This document shows positions 1 through 9,261 of a stretch of 64,000 nucleotides of DNA, piece after piece (within the stretch, counting starts at the first letter, position 1; every line of letters begins with the position of its first letter). A program made the position numbers and the translations under genes. Source of the DNA: Candidatus Brocadiia bacterium. GTDB taxonomy: Bacteria; Planctomycetota; MHYJ01; JACQXL01. Location of the stretch: the NCBI GenBank assembly GCA_041658285.1, contig JBBAAP010000011.1, positions 3,308 through 67,307 on the forward strand, given 5' to 3'. The notes beneath the pieces were generated by a model that worked only from the letters and a program-made list of their open reading frames with translations, was not told where the DNA came from and did not search any database.

Positions 1-123
1 AAACCGCTTGAATATTGAGAAAGAAAATCAGGTGTCTGTCCCACGATGAATAGAGGGGCAAAGAATGCTAGAGAAAAAGATGCTTACAAATATGCAAATG
101 ATAATGATTAAGGAGGTTGTTAT

Positions 124-1281
124 ATGAAAAATAGAACCAAAATAATTGTTGTTCTGGGGGCTTGTTTAATAGGCGGGGCGCTATATGGGTTTTATTCGCA
201 AATGAACAATAAGCCTGTGGCATATTGCCGGCAAGATATGAGTGCTCCTCTTTATACCAAAGAAGAAGGAGTTGTTAACCAGATGTGGGAGTCGGCAAAA
301 ACACCCCAAGAAAAGGAACTTGCGATTAGTAAACTTATTCAGATGGTTAAAGATAACAAAGAAGATATTTTACTAAGAGCGCACGCAATAAGAAAACTTG
401 GGAAAATTGGAGTCTTAGAGGTTCAGGACATAGCAAAAGATATCTCTGATACCGGGGTGTGGAGGAATAAAGTATCTGATATGGAGCACGACATCATAGG
501 AGAGATTATTCAGGAAAAGATGAAGGTTCAAGGTATTGTTGGTGATGAGCGGAATGAAAAGTATCATGAAGTTCATCGCGACCTGTATGTTAACGGCGAA
601 ATTTATAAATTGGGAATCTCTACGGAAAAGTTAATCCAGCTTGTTTTGGAAAAGGAAACTGATATTGATAAACGGAATGACGCGAAGCGTAAGTTAGAGA
701 ATATTGGTTTGAAACATCTTGATATTAGAGGTTGGTACGATAAAGTCGCATCTTTTATAGATGCCGCTAATGAAACGTACCACCGCTTGAGATATCTTCG
801 GGAAACAGACCCTGAGAAAAAATATCAATTATTATTGGATGTGGTAAAAAATAGTGGCGGTGAGGCTCAGGGCTGGGCAGAGGAACAACTTATTCTGAGC
901 GGTGAAGAACGAGCATTGCCTGATATAATTGAAGTGTTAAAACGTGCCTATGGGGACACGGAAGAAGAATATATTAAACGGGAAATAAAAACTTATAGGG
1001 CCAAGTTTGCCGTGGTCAAGGCCGCAAAAAACGACCCCACTGTATACGAAAAGATAGTAAATGGCAAATACTCTTTTCTTTATAGCGATGACGAGGAGAT
1101 ACGAGATTCTGTAACGTGGTGGGTTGCGAAAATAGGCGGGTTTAAAACAGACGAAATTATTCTTGGCACAGAAAACGAAGACAAAGACAAAGATAAGGAT
1201 AAAGAGCAAAAAGACAAAGAACACGGAGACGATAAGGACGGTGGCAAGGACGACAAATCCGGCCAGCCGGACAAGAAGTAG
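124..1281 (+). CDS. hypothetical membrane-anchored protein with a Lys/Asp-rich low-complexity C-terminal tail
   Basis: 385-aa ORF with an AGGAGG RBS about 8 nt upstream. N-terminal hydrophobic segment (IIVVLGACLIGGALYGF). Loosely HEAT-like repeats (AIRKLGKIG, AKRKLENIG). C-terminus is KDKDKDKDKEQKDKEHGDDKDGGKDDK. Locally AT-rich relative to neighbours. Confidence 0.5.
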   Translation: MKNRTKIIVVLGACLIGGALYGFYSQMNNKPVAYCRQDMSAPLYTKEEGVVNQMWESAKTPQEKELAISKLIQMVKDNKEDILLRAHAIRKLGKIGVLEVQDIAKDISDTGVWRNKVSDMEHDIIGEIIQEKMKVQGIVGDERNEKYHEVHRDLYVNGEIYKLGISTEKLIQLVLEKETDIDKRNDAKRKLENIGLKHLDIRGWYDKVASFIDAANETYHRLRYLRETDPEKKYQLLLDVVKNSGGEAQGWAEEQLILSGEERALPDIIEVLKRAYGDTEEEYIKREIKTYRAKFAVVKAAKNDPTVYEKIVNGKYSFLYSDDEEIRDSVTWWVAKIGGFKTDEIILGTENEDKDKDKDKEQKDKEHGDDKDGGKDDKSGQPDKK

Positions 1282-1536
1282 AGTCTAATGGCCTTAGCGA
1301 AGCATCCCTTTAGGGATAATGTTAGGGGGAAATAGCCAGAAAGCAGGTTAATCATATGGCTTATAAGTCATTCAATAGCGCGCATCGCTGGCAGGCGTTC
1401 GGCGAGAAGCCCGTCATCAGCATCCTGTGCACCGGTGTAGGGTGCTACACACATCAGAGACGGTAAAAATTGTTCTTATAGGATGCTTCGCTGTCAGTTT
1501 CTGTCCCTAAAACGAATATAACGCACTTTCAGGCAT

Positions 1537-1577
1537 GGGGGGATACCCCCCCAGACTAGGGGGGGATACCCCCCCTC
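1537..1577. repeat. two adjacent G-run/C-run palindromes (GGGGGGGATACCCCCCC) separated by agacta
   Basis: Read directly in the sequence. Perfect inverted symmetry around ATAC/TATC. Lies immediately upstream of a tandem array. Confidence 0.8.
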
Positions 1578-1589
1578 ACTACTACTACC

Positions 1590-2025
1590 CCCGTATTACA
1601 CCTCTACCCGTTCGGTAATACACCTCTATCCGTTGGGTATTATACCTCTATCCGTTGGGTATTATACCTCTACCCGTTGGGTAATACACCTCTATCCGTT
1701 CGGTAATACACCTCTATCCGTTGGGTATTATACCTCTATCCGTTCGGTATTATACCTCTACCCGTTGGGTAATACACCTCTATCCGTTCGGTAATACACC
1801 TCTATCCGTTCGGTAATACACCTCTATCCGTTGGGTATTATACCTCTATCCGTCCGGTATTACACCTCTACTTGTTGGGTAATACACCTCTACCCGTTCG
1901 GTATTATACCTCTACCCGTTGGGTAATACACCTCTATCCGTTCGGTAATACACCTCTATCCGTTCGGTAATACACCTCTACCTGTTTGGTAATACACCTA
2001 GACTTGTTTGGAATTGCACCTCTAC
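1590..2025. repeat. direct tandem array, about 20 copies of a 22-bp unit (consensus about GGTAATACACCTCTATCCGTTC)
   Basis: Units alternate between minor variants (ccgttcggtaatacacc / ccgttgggtattatacc), visible by eye. No unique spacers between units. Confidence 0.9.
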
Positions 2026-2039
2026 TTTCCCGGCCCCGC

Positions 2040-2110
2040 TAAAGCGGGATAACGTGCCAGTACGTCACTTTGTTCCTACTGGCACTAACCCCGCTAAAGC
2101 GGGATAAGAC
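2040..2110. repeat. composite hairpin element: two CCCGCTAAAGCGGG hairpins flanking a GTGCCAGTA-N-TACTGGCAC hairpin
   Basis: ccccgctaaagcgggataacgtgccagtacgtcactttgttcctactggcactaaccccgctaaagcgggataag. Related copies at 37845-37890, 35415-35460 and 60056-60085. Confidence 0.7.
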
Positions 2111-2420
2111 CCAGTCCCTAAAAATTTACTGCGTTTGCCCTCGCTTGCTTCAGGCAGGGGTAGGTGCTGTAGACAGGTTCTAACAGCTGAGCTATAAATC
2201 AGGGTTCAGGACGCTTTTTGTGCCCCTACGCACCATGTTCTACAGGGCCTGTGGCTCTGTTACTTACGGGGACTACTTCTGCCATCTTCGGGTGCTATTC
2301 CTGCCATTTTCAGGGACTAGAAGAGTGGGTGTAAGGGGTAGGGGGGAGGGGTACGGTATCTGTTACTCACTTTGAATAAAAAACATAACATTTTGCTTAA
2401 ATAACTATTATAATGCATAT

Positions 2421-2455
2421 TCGGTAGGGGGGGGGATACCTACCCCCTCCCCACT
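2421..2455. repeat. G-run/C-run palindrome (GGTAGGGGGGGGGATACCTACCCCCTCCCC)
   Basis: Imperfect palindrome of the same type as 1537-1577 and 53812-53852. Directly precedes the second tandem array. Confidence 0.7.
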
Positions 2456-2459
2456 TAAC

Positions 2460-2935
2460 CTCTACCCCCTATATCGATAACCCCTATAGGGAGTATGGAT
2501 AACTCCCATAGGTGGTGTCAGTTATCCCTATATGCGGTATAGATAACCTCTATTAGGTGTGTGAATTACTACTATAGGGCGTACTAATAATCCCCATAGG
2601 CGGTATCAATAACCCCTATATGGGGTGTGGATGACTACTATGGGACATATGGATAATACCTATAAGCAGTATCGATAACCCCTATAGGATATGTCGTAAA
2701 CCGGTATTAGGGATGTTGATAATTAGTATTAGGGGTATCGATAACCGGGACTGGGCGTATCGTAAACCAGGATTAGGGATATTGATAACCGGTATTAGGA
2801 ATGTCGATAACGGGTACTAGAGGTGCCGATAACCGACATTAGAAGTGTCGATAATCTCTATAGGGTGTATCGTAAACGGGTCCCAGGGATATCGTAAACC
2901 GGTACTAGAGGTATCAATAACCCCTACCACTGTAA
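2460..2935. repeat. direct tandem array, about 21 degenerate copies of a 22-bp unit (consensus about TATCGATAACCCCTATAGGGNG)
   Basis: Strict 22-bp periodicity (tatggataactcccataggtgg / tgtcagttatccctatatgcgg / tatagataacctctattaggtg ...). The first ~270 bp are about 90% identical to 53838-54115. Confidence 0.9.
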
Positions 2936-3057
2936 AAAAAATATGTGATGGCTACTGCCGTATTGCCGGGAATACAATTTATTCCAGCGGGGGTAGGCAG
3001 AGCTTTTCTTAAGGTCTTAGGCAATCACGCCGATAAAAGTATTTTACAGGAGAATAT

Positions 3058-4152
3058 ATGCGTATCCTCAATGTCGTCGGGGCCAGGCCTAATTTCATCA
3101 AGATTGCCCCGTTCCTGCACGCCGCCAAAAAGTATCGCAGCCTGGATATGGTCCTGGTCCATACCGGCCAGCATTACGACTACAATATGTCGCAGGTGTT
3201 CTTCAATGATTTGTGCCTGCCCAAGCCGGATATCCATTTAGGCATAGGGTCGGGCAGCCACGCCGGGCAGACCGGCCGGATAATGATGGCTCTGGATAAG
3301 GCAATCGAGCGGATAAAGCCGTCTTTGGTAGTGGTGGTGGGCGATGTTAACTCGACCCTGGCCGGTGCGCTGGTGGCGGCCAAGCTCCATATACCAATTG
3401 CCCATATCGAGGCCGGTGTTCGGAGTTTTGACAAGCGCATGCCCGAAGAGGTCAACCGGGTGGTAACCGATTCGGTGTCCGATTACCTGTTCGCGCCTTC
3501 GGATACGGCCCGTCGTAACCTGATAAATGAGGACGCCAGCCCGGCGAATATCTTCGTGGTCGGCAACATAATGATAGATGCGCTCAAGTTCTATTACCGG
3601 CCGACTGATTTTACGGGCAGGCACAAACTGGCGCCAAAGGGCTACGCTATGGTTACTCTTCACCGGCCGGCCAATGTGGATGATAAATCCGTTCTGAGCG
3701 GTATCATAAAGGCGTTGATAGCCATCAGCCGCGACGTACCGGTATTTTTCCCGGTCCATCCCCGGACCAGGAAACAACTGGATAAATTTAATTTATTGAA
3801 GGACATTAAGCGCGCCGGCAATATCATAACGTCCGAGCCGCTGGGTTATATCGATTCGCTTAACGCTATAAAGAATGCGCGGTTGGTGCTGACCGATTCG
3901 GGCGGGGTGCAGGAAGAGGCCGTGGCATTCCGGGTGCCGTGCTTGACCTTGCGCCAGACAACCGAATGGGTCGAGACCATTGGAAAAGGCAACAGCCTGG
4001 CCGGCAATAAGCCGGGGTTGATTATCAAGCTGGCTCAGGGCATATTGCGCAAAGGGGTGAAGGTTTCGTCCGGGGCAAGCATACCTCTCTGGGACGGCCG
4101 GGCGTCAGAGCGGATGATGGGTGTTATTTCTCGGAGACTTTCCCGGAGCTGA
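3058..4152 (+). CDS. wecB: UDP-N-acetylglucosamine 2-epimerase (non-hydrolysing)
   Basis: 364 aa. Family hallmark segments: N-terminal RPNFIKIAP, HTGQHYD, and HIEAGVRSFDKRMPEEVNR. Confidence 0.85.
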   Translation: MRILNVVGARPNFIKIAPFLHAAKKYRSLDMVLVHTGQHYDYNMSQVFFNDLCLPKPDIHLGIGSGSHAGQTGRIMMALDKAIERIKPSLVVVVGDVNSTLAGALVAAKLHIPIAHIEAGVRSFDKRMPEEVNRVVTDSVSDYLFAPSDTARRNLINEDASPANIFVVGNIMIDALKFYYRPTDFTGRHKLAPKGYAMVTLHRPANVDDKSVLSGIIKALIAISRDVPVFFPVHPRTRKQLDKFNLLKDIKRAGNIITSEPLGYIDSLNAIKNARLVLTDSGGVQEEAVAFRVPCLTLRQTTEWVETIGKGNSLAGNKPGLIIKLAQGILRKGVKVSSGASIPLWDGRASERMMGVISRRLSRS

Positions 4153-4357
4153 TACGGCATTCCTTGTCTTGTTCAACCAATCGGTCATATTCTTCGGAGT
4201 CTTTGGTCTGCTCGATCTTGACTGATTTAGGGACAGCTATGCCGGCCCATTCGCCGCAGTGATTGCAGACCACGAAAGGATTGGGGATTTCCTGGCCGTT
4301 CCTGATGATGTAATCATCCACCAGATTGACGCCGCAGTTCATACAGAAAATAGCCAT
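4124..4357 (-). CDS. small zinc-ribbon protein (two CxxC pairs)
   Basis: 77 aa with CMNCG ... CNHCGEW. Overlaps the wecB 3' end on the opposite strand, so protein-coding status is uncertain. Confidence 0.35.
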   Translation of the reverse strand: MAIFCMNCGVNLVDDYIIRNGQEIPNPFVVCNHCGEWAGIAVPKSVKIEQTKDSEEYDRLVEQDKECRISSGKVSEK

Positions 4358-4399
4358 AGCAAGCCTCCTCTCAGAGCCGGTTGTTCCCGGGACAATCAG

Positions 4400-5290
4400 T
4401 TATTTCGTTTTCGTCATGGCCAGTTTTATGACCATTGTTTTCAGCGCCAGTTCTTCGGACATCCGGCCTGTTTTTATGGCCAGGTCGGTTTCCAGCAGTT
4501 TGGCATATCTTTCCCGGAGCGTATTGTAACCGGGTTCGCGGCTGAAGAACGAGCGCAGGTATCCGAGAATCCTGGGCCAGGCTTCTCCTTCGCTGAGCAT
4601 TTTATCCAGTATCTCGACGGCCTTGCCGGCATTCCGGTTTACGATTGCCAAGGCTAGCTGCTTGATATCATAATCAGCATCTTTATCAACTAAATTCTGA
4701 ATAATTTCCAGGGGGATTTCCGGCTTGTTGCCTGAGGCCAGCGACAGTTTTTCGACCAGGGCGCTTATTTTGGACAGGTTATTCCCGGTGCCGTCTATTA
4801 TCAGCTTGGCGTTCTCGCGCGAGATGTTTTTGCCCAGGCGTTTGAACTCGGCCGCTATCCAGCGGGGCAGGTCGTATTCCGGGATAGGGGAGCATTCGAC
4901 CAGCCAGCCGTGCTTTTCGGCCAGCTTGGTTATCTTGCCTTCAGCGCCTTTGCCGGTCAGCGCCGGCGCCAGTATGGCCAGCACCGCGAATGTCTTTTTC
5001 TCGGACAGGAATTTGTCCAGGTTTTCCGACAGGGAACCGAACAGCTGGATATTTTTGATGTCAAGCGCGATGATGCGCTTTTTGCCGTCGAACGGCACCA
5101 TATAGATTTCATCCCAGAACGCGGCTTCCTTGAAATCACGCGATGAGAACCGTTTCATATCCGAGCCCAGGCATTCCCGGATTAATTTCAATCCCTGTTC
5201 CTTAAGGAAATCCTCTTCGCCGGACAGCAGGTAAAGCGGCATCAGGCTTTTGGCCGAGGCCAGGCGGGACACGAAATCTTTGAATAGCAT
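4400..5290 (-). CDS. holA: DNA polymerase III delta subunit
   Basis: 296 aa. N-terminal LYLLSGEEDFL motif typical of HolA; length and charge pattern fit. Adjacent and co-directional with radC. Confidence 0.65.
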   Translation of the reverse strand: MLFKDFVSRLASAKSLMPLYLLSGEEDFLKEQGLKLIRECLGSDMKRFSSRDFKEAAFWDEIYMVPFDGKKRIIALDIKNIQLFGSLSENLDKFLSEKKTFAVLAILAPALTGKGAEGKITKLAEKHGWLVECSPIPEYDLPRWIAAEFKRLGKNISRENAKLIIDGTGNNLSKISALVEKLSLASGNKPEIPLEIIQNLVDKDADYDIKQLALAIVNRNAGKAVEILDKMLSEGEAWPRILGYLRSFFSREPGYNTLRERYAKLLETDLAIKTGRMSEELALKTMVIKLAMTKTK

Positions 5291-5291
5291 A

Positions 5292-6008
5292 TCAGATAAG
5301 TTTTTCTTCCTTGAAGCTCAGGCATTTATTCCGGTTGCGGGTGATTATTATGTGGTCAAGCACTTCTATATTGAGGAGTTTTCCGCCGGCCACCAGCTTG
5401 CGGGTGATATTGATGTCCTCGGCTGACGGGGTCGGGTCGCCTGAGGGATGGTTATGTGCGAAAATCACGGCCGCGGCATTGGATTTTATGGCCAGGCTAA
5501 AAACCTCGCGCGGCTCGACGATGCTGGCGTTCAGGCTTCCTTTGGAGATGTTTTCTTTATTGATGATTTGGTTGCGGCTGTCAATGGTGACGATGTAAAA
5601 ATATTCCTGTTTCTTGTCATACAGTTCCGGATAGAGGAAATCAATAATCCGGGCCGGGTTGGCGATGATGTCGGTTTTATTGGGGGCTTCAAAGCTGATA
5701 AGGCGCCGGCCCAGTTCCATAGCCGCCTTGATTTCGGCGGCTTTGGCCGGCCCGATGCCGGATACCCTTGACAGTTCTTCCACCGGTGCGTCGGCCAGCC
5801 CCTGGATGTTCTTGAATTCTCCCAGGAGCCGCTGGGCCAGCATGGTAACCGGCTCGCCCTTTTTGCCGCTGCGCAGGATGATGGCCAGGAGTTCTGGGGC
5901 CGAGAGCTTGTCCGCGCCCAGCGCCCGGAGCCGTTCCCTGGGCCGTTCAGAAGGCGGCGTGTCGTGCATGGTGAAAGATTTAGTGGCAGGTTTTTTATAA
6001 GTAGCCAT
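5292..6008 (-). CDS. radC: RadC-family JAB-domain protein (UPF0758)
   Basis: 238 aa. N-terminal ERPRERL..G...LS.PELLAIILRSG helix-hairpin-helix region. C-terminal JAB motif HNHPSGDPTPSAED. Confidence 0.85.
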   Translation of the reverse strand: MATYKKPATKSFTMHDTPPSERPRERLRALGADKLSAPELLAIILRSGKKGEPVTMLAQRLLGEFKNIQGLADAPVEELSRVSGIGPAKAAEIKAAMELGRRLISFEAPNKTDIIANPARIIDFLYPELYDKKQEYFYIVTIDSRNQIINKENISKGSLNASIVEPREVFSLAIKSNAAAVIFAHNHPSGDPTPSAEDINITRKLVAGGKLLNIEVLDHIIITRNRNKCLSFKEEKLI

Positions 6009-6133
6009 ATTTTTCAGTATGCGGATTCAGCTGATTAAACTGATAATAATCCATACCAACGCAAGAATATCAGGAAGGGGTATCAGGGGATTTGGATATA
6101 AATTCCCTGATTCTCTGATCATCTTTTACACTG

Positions 6134-6463
6134 TTATTCGTGTTCGTTCCTGCCGTCCAGTCGGCGGGCAGGGGCGTCTTCAATCACGCGCGGGACGCGG
6201 AAGAAATTCAACTTCTTGTCCGGCGCGTTCTGCAGGGCCTTATCCGTCGGCAAGCAGGGCTTTATCACGTCGTCACGCAGGATGTTCCCGGCAGAGTCGG
6301 CCTGTATTAATGGTCCTGCTTTGGTCACGTTGAGTTCCTTGAGTTCATCAACATGGTCGAGTATCTTCTTGAGATGGTTTTTCAGGGATTCCTTTTCGTC
6401 ATCCTTGAGTTTTAATCTGGACAGATAAGCCAGGTGCTCGATTAAGTTATTGTCTATATCCAT
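6134..6463 (-). CDS. gatC: Asp-tRNA(Asn)/Glu-tRNA(Gln) amidotransferase subunit C
   Basis: 109 aa. LAYLSRLKLKDDEKESL...ILDHVDELKELNV pattern of GatC. Confidence 0.7.
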   Translation of the reverse strand: MDIDNNLIEHLAYLSRLKLKDDEKESLKNHLKKILDHVDELKELNVTKAGPLIQADSAGNILRDDVIKPCLPTDKALQNAPDKKLNFFRVPRVIEDAPARRLDGRNEHE

Positions 6464-7002
6464 GCGGGTAAGATATTATAGACCGAGTATAAAGTCAATA
6501 AATTCTATTACCTCTTGTACCTGCGACAGATATTAGGGACGGGGGAAATTGGCAGTTCTTAGGATAAAAACTAATAGATTCGTTCCTCACTACAAGTTTA
6601 AACGCACTTTTAGCCCGGACACCAGTGGGGGTATATACACCTCACCGTATACCCTCATCCCAAAGAGCGTATCCGCCCGTTTCCGTAAGCGTATCTGCCA
6701 ATTCCGTTAAGCCGTGCTTGTCTTGAGTATTTCCGAAGGGCTTAACTGGATCTAAGTGCCAGTACGTTTTATATTTCTACCGGCACCAAGAAAGAACGGC
6801 CAGTTTTGCTCTGCTAATGTATGAATGTATGGTTGAAAGGATACATAGAATAGACATGAGTCCTTCGGGAATTATTTCCAAAATATTGTGGATATTCCTC
6901 GTTATTTATTGACGAAAATATTATAAAGACTAATATCATCAAAAGAACCGTGATATTGTCCGGAAACGAACAAGCCGTTCCTGGGAACGTAAAATAGGTT
7001 GT

Positions 7003-7749
7003 ATGAAAATACTGTTGGTAGATGACAGCCTGGTCATCCGCACTTTCGTTAAAGAGGCTTTAACCAAGGATGGGCACAAGGTGGTTGAAGCCGTCAACGG
7101 TACCGAAGGGATAGCCATGTACGGGCCAGAACAGCCGGATTTCGTAATACTTGATTATGAAATGCCTGATTTTACCGGGCTGGAAACCTTCAAACGAATA
7201 AAACAATCACATCCGAAAGCCAAGGGCGTTTTATTGACCGCTTTTTTGCCGTCATCCGAAGAGCTGTCAGCGTTGAAGAAAGAGGCCGAAGAGGCCGGTA
7301 TCGTTCAGTTCCTGCATAAAGGCGGAGGGACCGCAAATGTCATTGCCATGCTGAAAAAGATAATTCCCTCGCTGCAACTGCGGGTGCATACTGTCTTGAT
7401 GGCCGAAGAAAACACCTCCCTCGTTACCGAGGTTAAAAACTTCCTGGCTTCCAAGAACTTTATAATCATTCAAGTGGTCAATATGGCTGATATTTTGGCT
7501 AAGATGGGTTCAACCAGTCCGTCCGTCATAGTCTTGAACAGTATTCTCAACAATGAGAATGGGTTTATTATCCTGAAGAAAATACGTGATATAGATAAAA
7601 CAATGAAAGTAGTAATGACAATAAGCACCAAGCAGGAAGAGCAATTAGCCCAGGCCGCACTGAAAATGCCCCAACTGGGGTTGACTAATTACTTGTCAAA
7701 ACCGTACACGCCCCAGGCTATGTTAGACGTCCTTTCCAAGGTGGTCTGA
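7003..7749 (+). CDS. response regulator with a CheY-like receiver domain and a second degenerate receiver-like domain; no output domain
   Basis: MKILLVDDS...ILDYEMPDFTG..LLTAF receiver signature. No histidine kinase gene adjacent. Confidence 0.75.
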   Translation: MKILLVDDSLVIRTFVKEALTKDGHKVVEAVNGTEGIAMYGPEQPDFVILDYEMPDFTGLETFKRIKQSHPKAKGVLLTAFLPSSEELSALKKEAEEAGIVQFLHKGGGTANVIAMLKKIIPSLQLRVHTVLMAEENTSLVTEVKNFLASKNFIIIQVVNMADILAKMGSTSPSVIVLNSILNNENGFIILKKIRDIDKTMKVVMTISTKQEEQLAQAALKMPQLGLTNYLSKPYTPQAMLDVLSKVV

Positions 7750-7778
7750 TATTTCAGCATGTCTGATGTGAAGATAAG

Positions 7779-7850
7779 TTACCCGGTCTGGACTCGAACC
7801 AGAAATAAGAGAACCAAAATCTCTTGTGTTACCAATTACACCACCGGGTA
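7779..7850 (-). tRNA. tRNA-Gln (anticodon UUG)
   Basis: Manual fold of the reverse complement gives a 7-bp acceptor stem (TACCCGG/CCGGGTA), D-arm GTGT-AATTGGTA-ACAC, anticodon stem AGAGA/TCTCT with loop TTTTGGT (anticodon TTG), and T-arm TCTGG-TTCGAGT-CCAGA. Length is 72 nt. Confidence 0.75.
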
Positions 7851-7937
7851 ATAAGCCACTGATAGTCTAGAGATTTATTTTAACTTGTCAAGTTTCAGTG
7901 ATACCCATCGCAAGCTGATAAGTTATGATGCCGGCCA

Positions 7938-9119
7938 TTATTGGAAGATGGATAAAATTGCCCGTAAGGGCACTTTGTGTTTTTGTGCGGCTTTGCGGCA
8001 GTCTTCGTATTCAGGCACCAGTAATGTGGGTTTGCCCCGCATAAGTGCTGGACTGCCTGCGGGCTTGCCGTCCAATGAGCCGACCTTGCATCGAATGGGG
8101 CCGTAAGGGGTTTTGATGCTTCCAGCTTCGCGGTAAAGCTTGGTGCGTTGGACCTGGTAACGCCTGATGCCCAGGGTGGGTGTTTCGGCGAATATTATCC
8201 GTTCCATCCGGTTGACGTTGTCCGGGTCGCAGAGCACCTGGACCAGCGTGCCGGGCCGTGACTTTTTCATCTGGACTGGGATAGCCACCGCGTCCAGCGC
8301 GCCGGCCGCCAGTAATCGCTCCATCAGGTAGCCGATGACCTGGCCGGTGGCGTTGTCTATATTGGTTTCCAGCACCCAGGCCGTGTCCGAATCGGTTTTA
8401 GGCGCGGCTTCACCGATGAGCACCCGGAGCATATTGGGCTGGTTGGGTATTTCCGTCGTGCCGGCGCCGTAGCCGGCCCGTTCTATCTTCATATTAGGCA
8501 TTCGTTCGGCTGGGCGTCCCAGGGTGGTCAGTATGGCCGCGCCGGTGGGCGTGACCAGTTCGGACTGCAACGGGCTGCGGAATACCTCAAATCCTTTGAG
8601 GAGTTCCATGGCGGCCGGGCCGGGCACTGGATAGATGCCGTGATGGTTTTTGATGGTGCCGCCGGAAAGGGGCAAGGGCGACAGGTAAATCTTATCAATG
8701 CCCAATGATTCCATTCCCGAAACCGCGCCGGTGATGTCGACGATGGTGTCGATACTGCCCAGTTCGGCGAATTCTATGATTCCTTTGTGCGAGCCGTGAT
8801 GGACGCGCTTTTCGGCGGCCATCAGCCGGGCCATTATTTTCAGGCTGTCGGACTTGATACGGGAGCTGAGAGCGCTTCGCTTGATGATAGAGGTCATTTG
8901 GTTGTATGAAAGGTGCTTGTCGGCCGCGGCCAGGCTGAACCCGGTGCCCATCAGCCCGCAGCGTTCTGTCTTGGAGCGGCGGATTTTTATGGTCGGTTTT
9001 AGATGCAGTTTTTTCAGGGATTTCTGGAGTGCGGGAAAAGGCATCCCGGCGTCCAGAAGCGCGCCGATAATCATATCGCCGCTGGCGCCGGAGAAACAGT
9101 CGAAATATGCGATTTTCAT
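7938..9119 (-). CDS. larC: nickel-pincer cofactor biosynthesis protein LarC (DUF111 nickel insertion protein)
   Basis: 393 aa. N-terminus MKIAYFDCFSGASGDM is characteristic of LarC. No larB or larE in the window. Confidence 0.8.
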   Translation of the reverse strand: MKIAYFDCFSGASGDMIIGALLDAGMPFPALQKSLKKLHLKPTIKIRRSKTERCGLMGTGFSLAAADKHLSYNQMTSIIKRSALSSRIKSDSLKIMARLMAAEKRVHHGSHKGIIEFAELGSIDTIVDITGAVSGMESLGIDKIYLSPLPLSGGTIKNHHGIYPVPGPAAMELLKGFEVFRSPLQSELVTPTGAAILTTLGRPAERMPNMKIERAGYGAGTTEIPNQPNMLRVLIGEAAPKTDSDTAWVLETNIDNATGQVIGYLMERLLAAGALDAVAIPVQMKKSRPGTLVQVLCDPDNVNRMERIIFAETPTLGIRRYQVQRTKLYREAGSIKTPYGPIRCKVGSLDGKPAGSPALMRGKPTLLVPEYEDCRKAAQKHKVPLRAILSIFQ

Positions 9120-9261
9120 AGCATTAAGTACACGGATTCAGCTGATTAAGCCGAGGTCTTCTAATGAATAATTTTTCTATCTGTTTAATCTGCTTACATA
9201 ATTTTGGCTGCTCTGTCAAAATAATATTGACAATGGGTCGGCGAACTATAGCATATCGCTT

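Noticed and set aside
937-1355. Minus-strand ORFs 937-1224 and 1080-1355 (poly-F/L and poly-S translations)
   Set aside because: They are antisense translations of the Lys/Asp-rich coding tail of the 124-1281 gene. They are low-complexity artefacts.
1537-2935. Possibility that the tandem arrays are CRISPR arrays
   Set aside because: Units are directly adjacent with no unique spacers. Units are degenerate rather than identical. No cas genes are present in the window.
6480-7002. 520-bp intergenic region upstream of the response regulator, considered as a possible ncRNA or riboswitch
   Set aside because: Only weak local hairpins (GGTATA-N12-TATACC) and a diverged GTGCCAGTAC element were found. 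No recognisable riboswitch consensus or tRNA-like fold could be supported by eye. Left unannotated.
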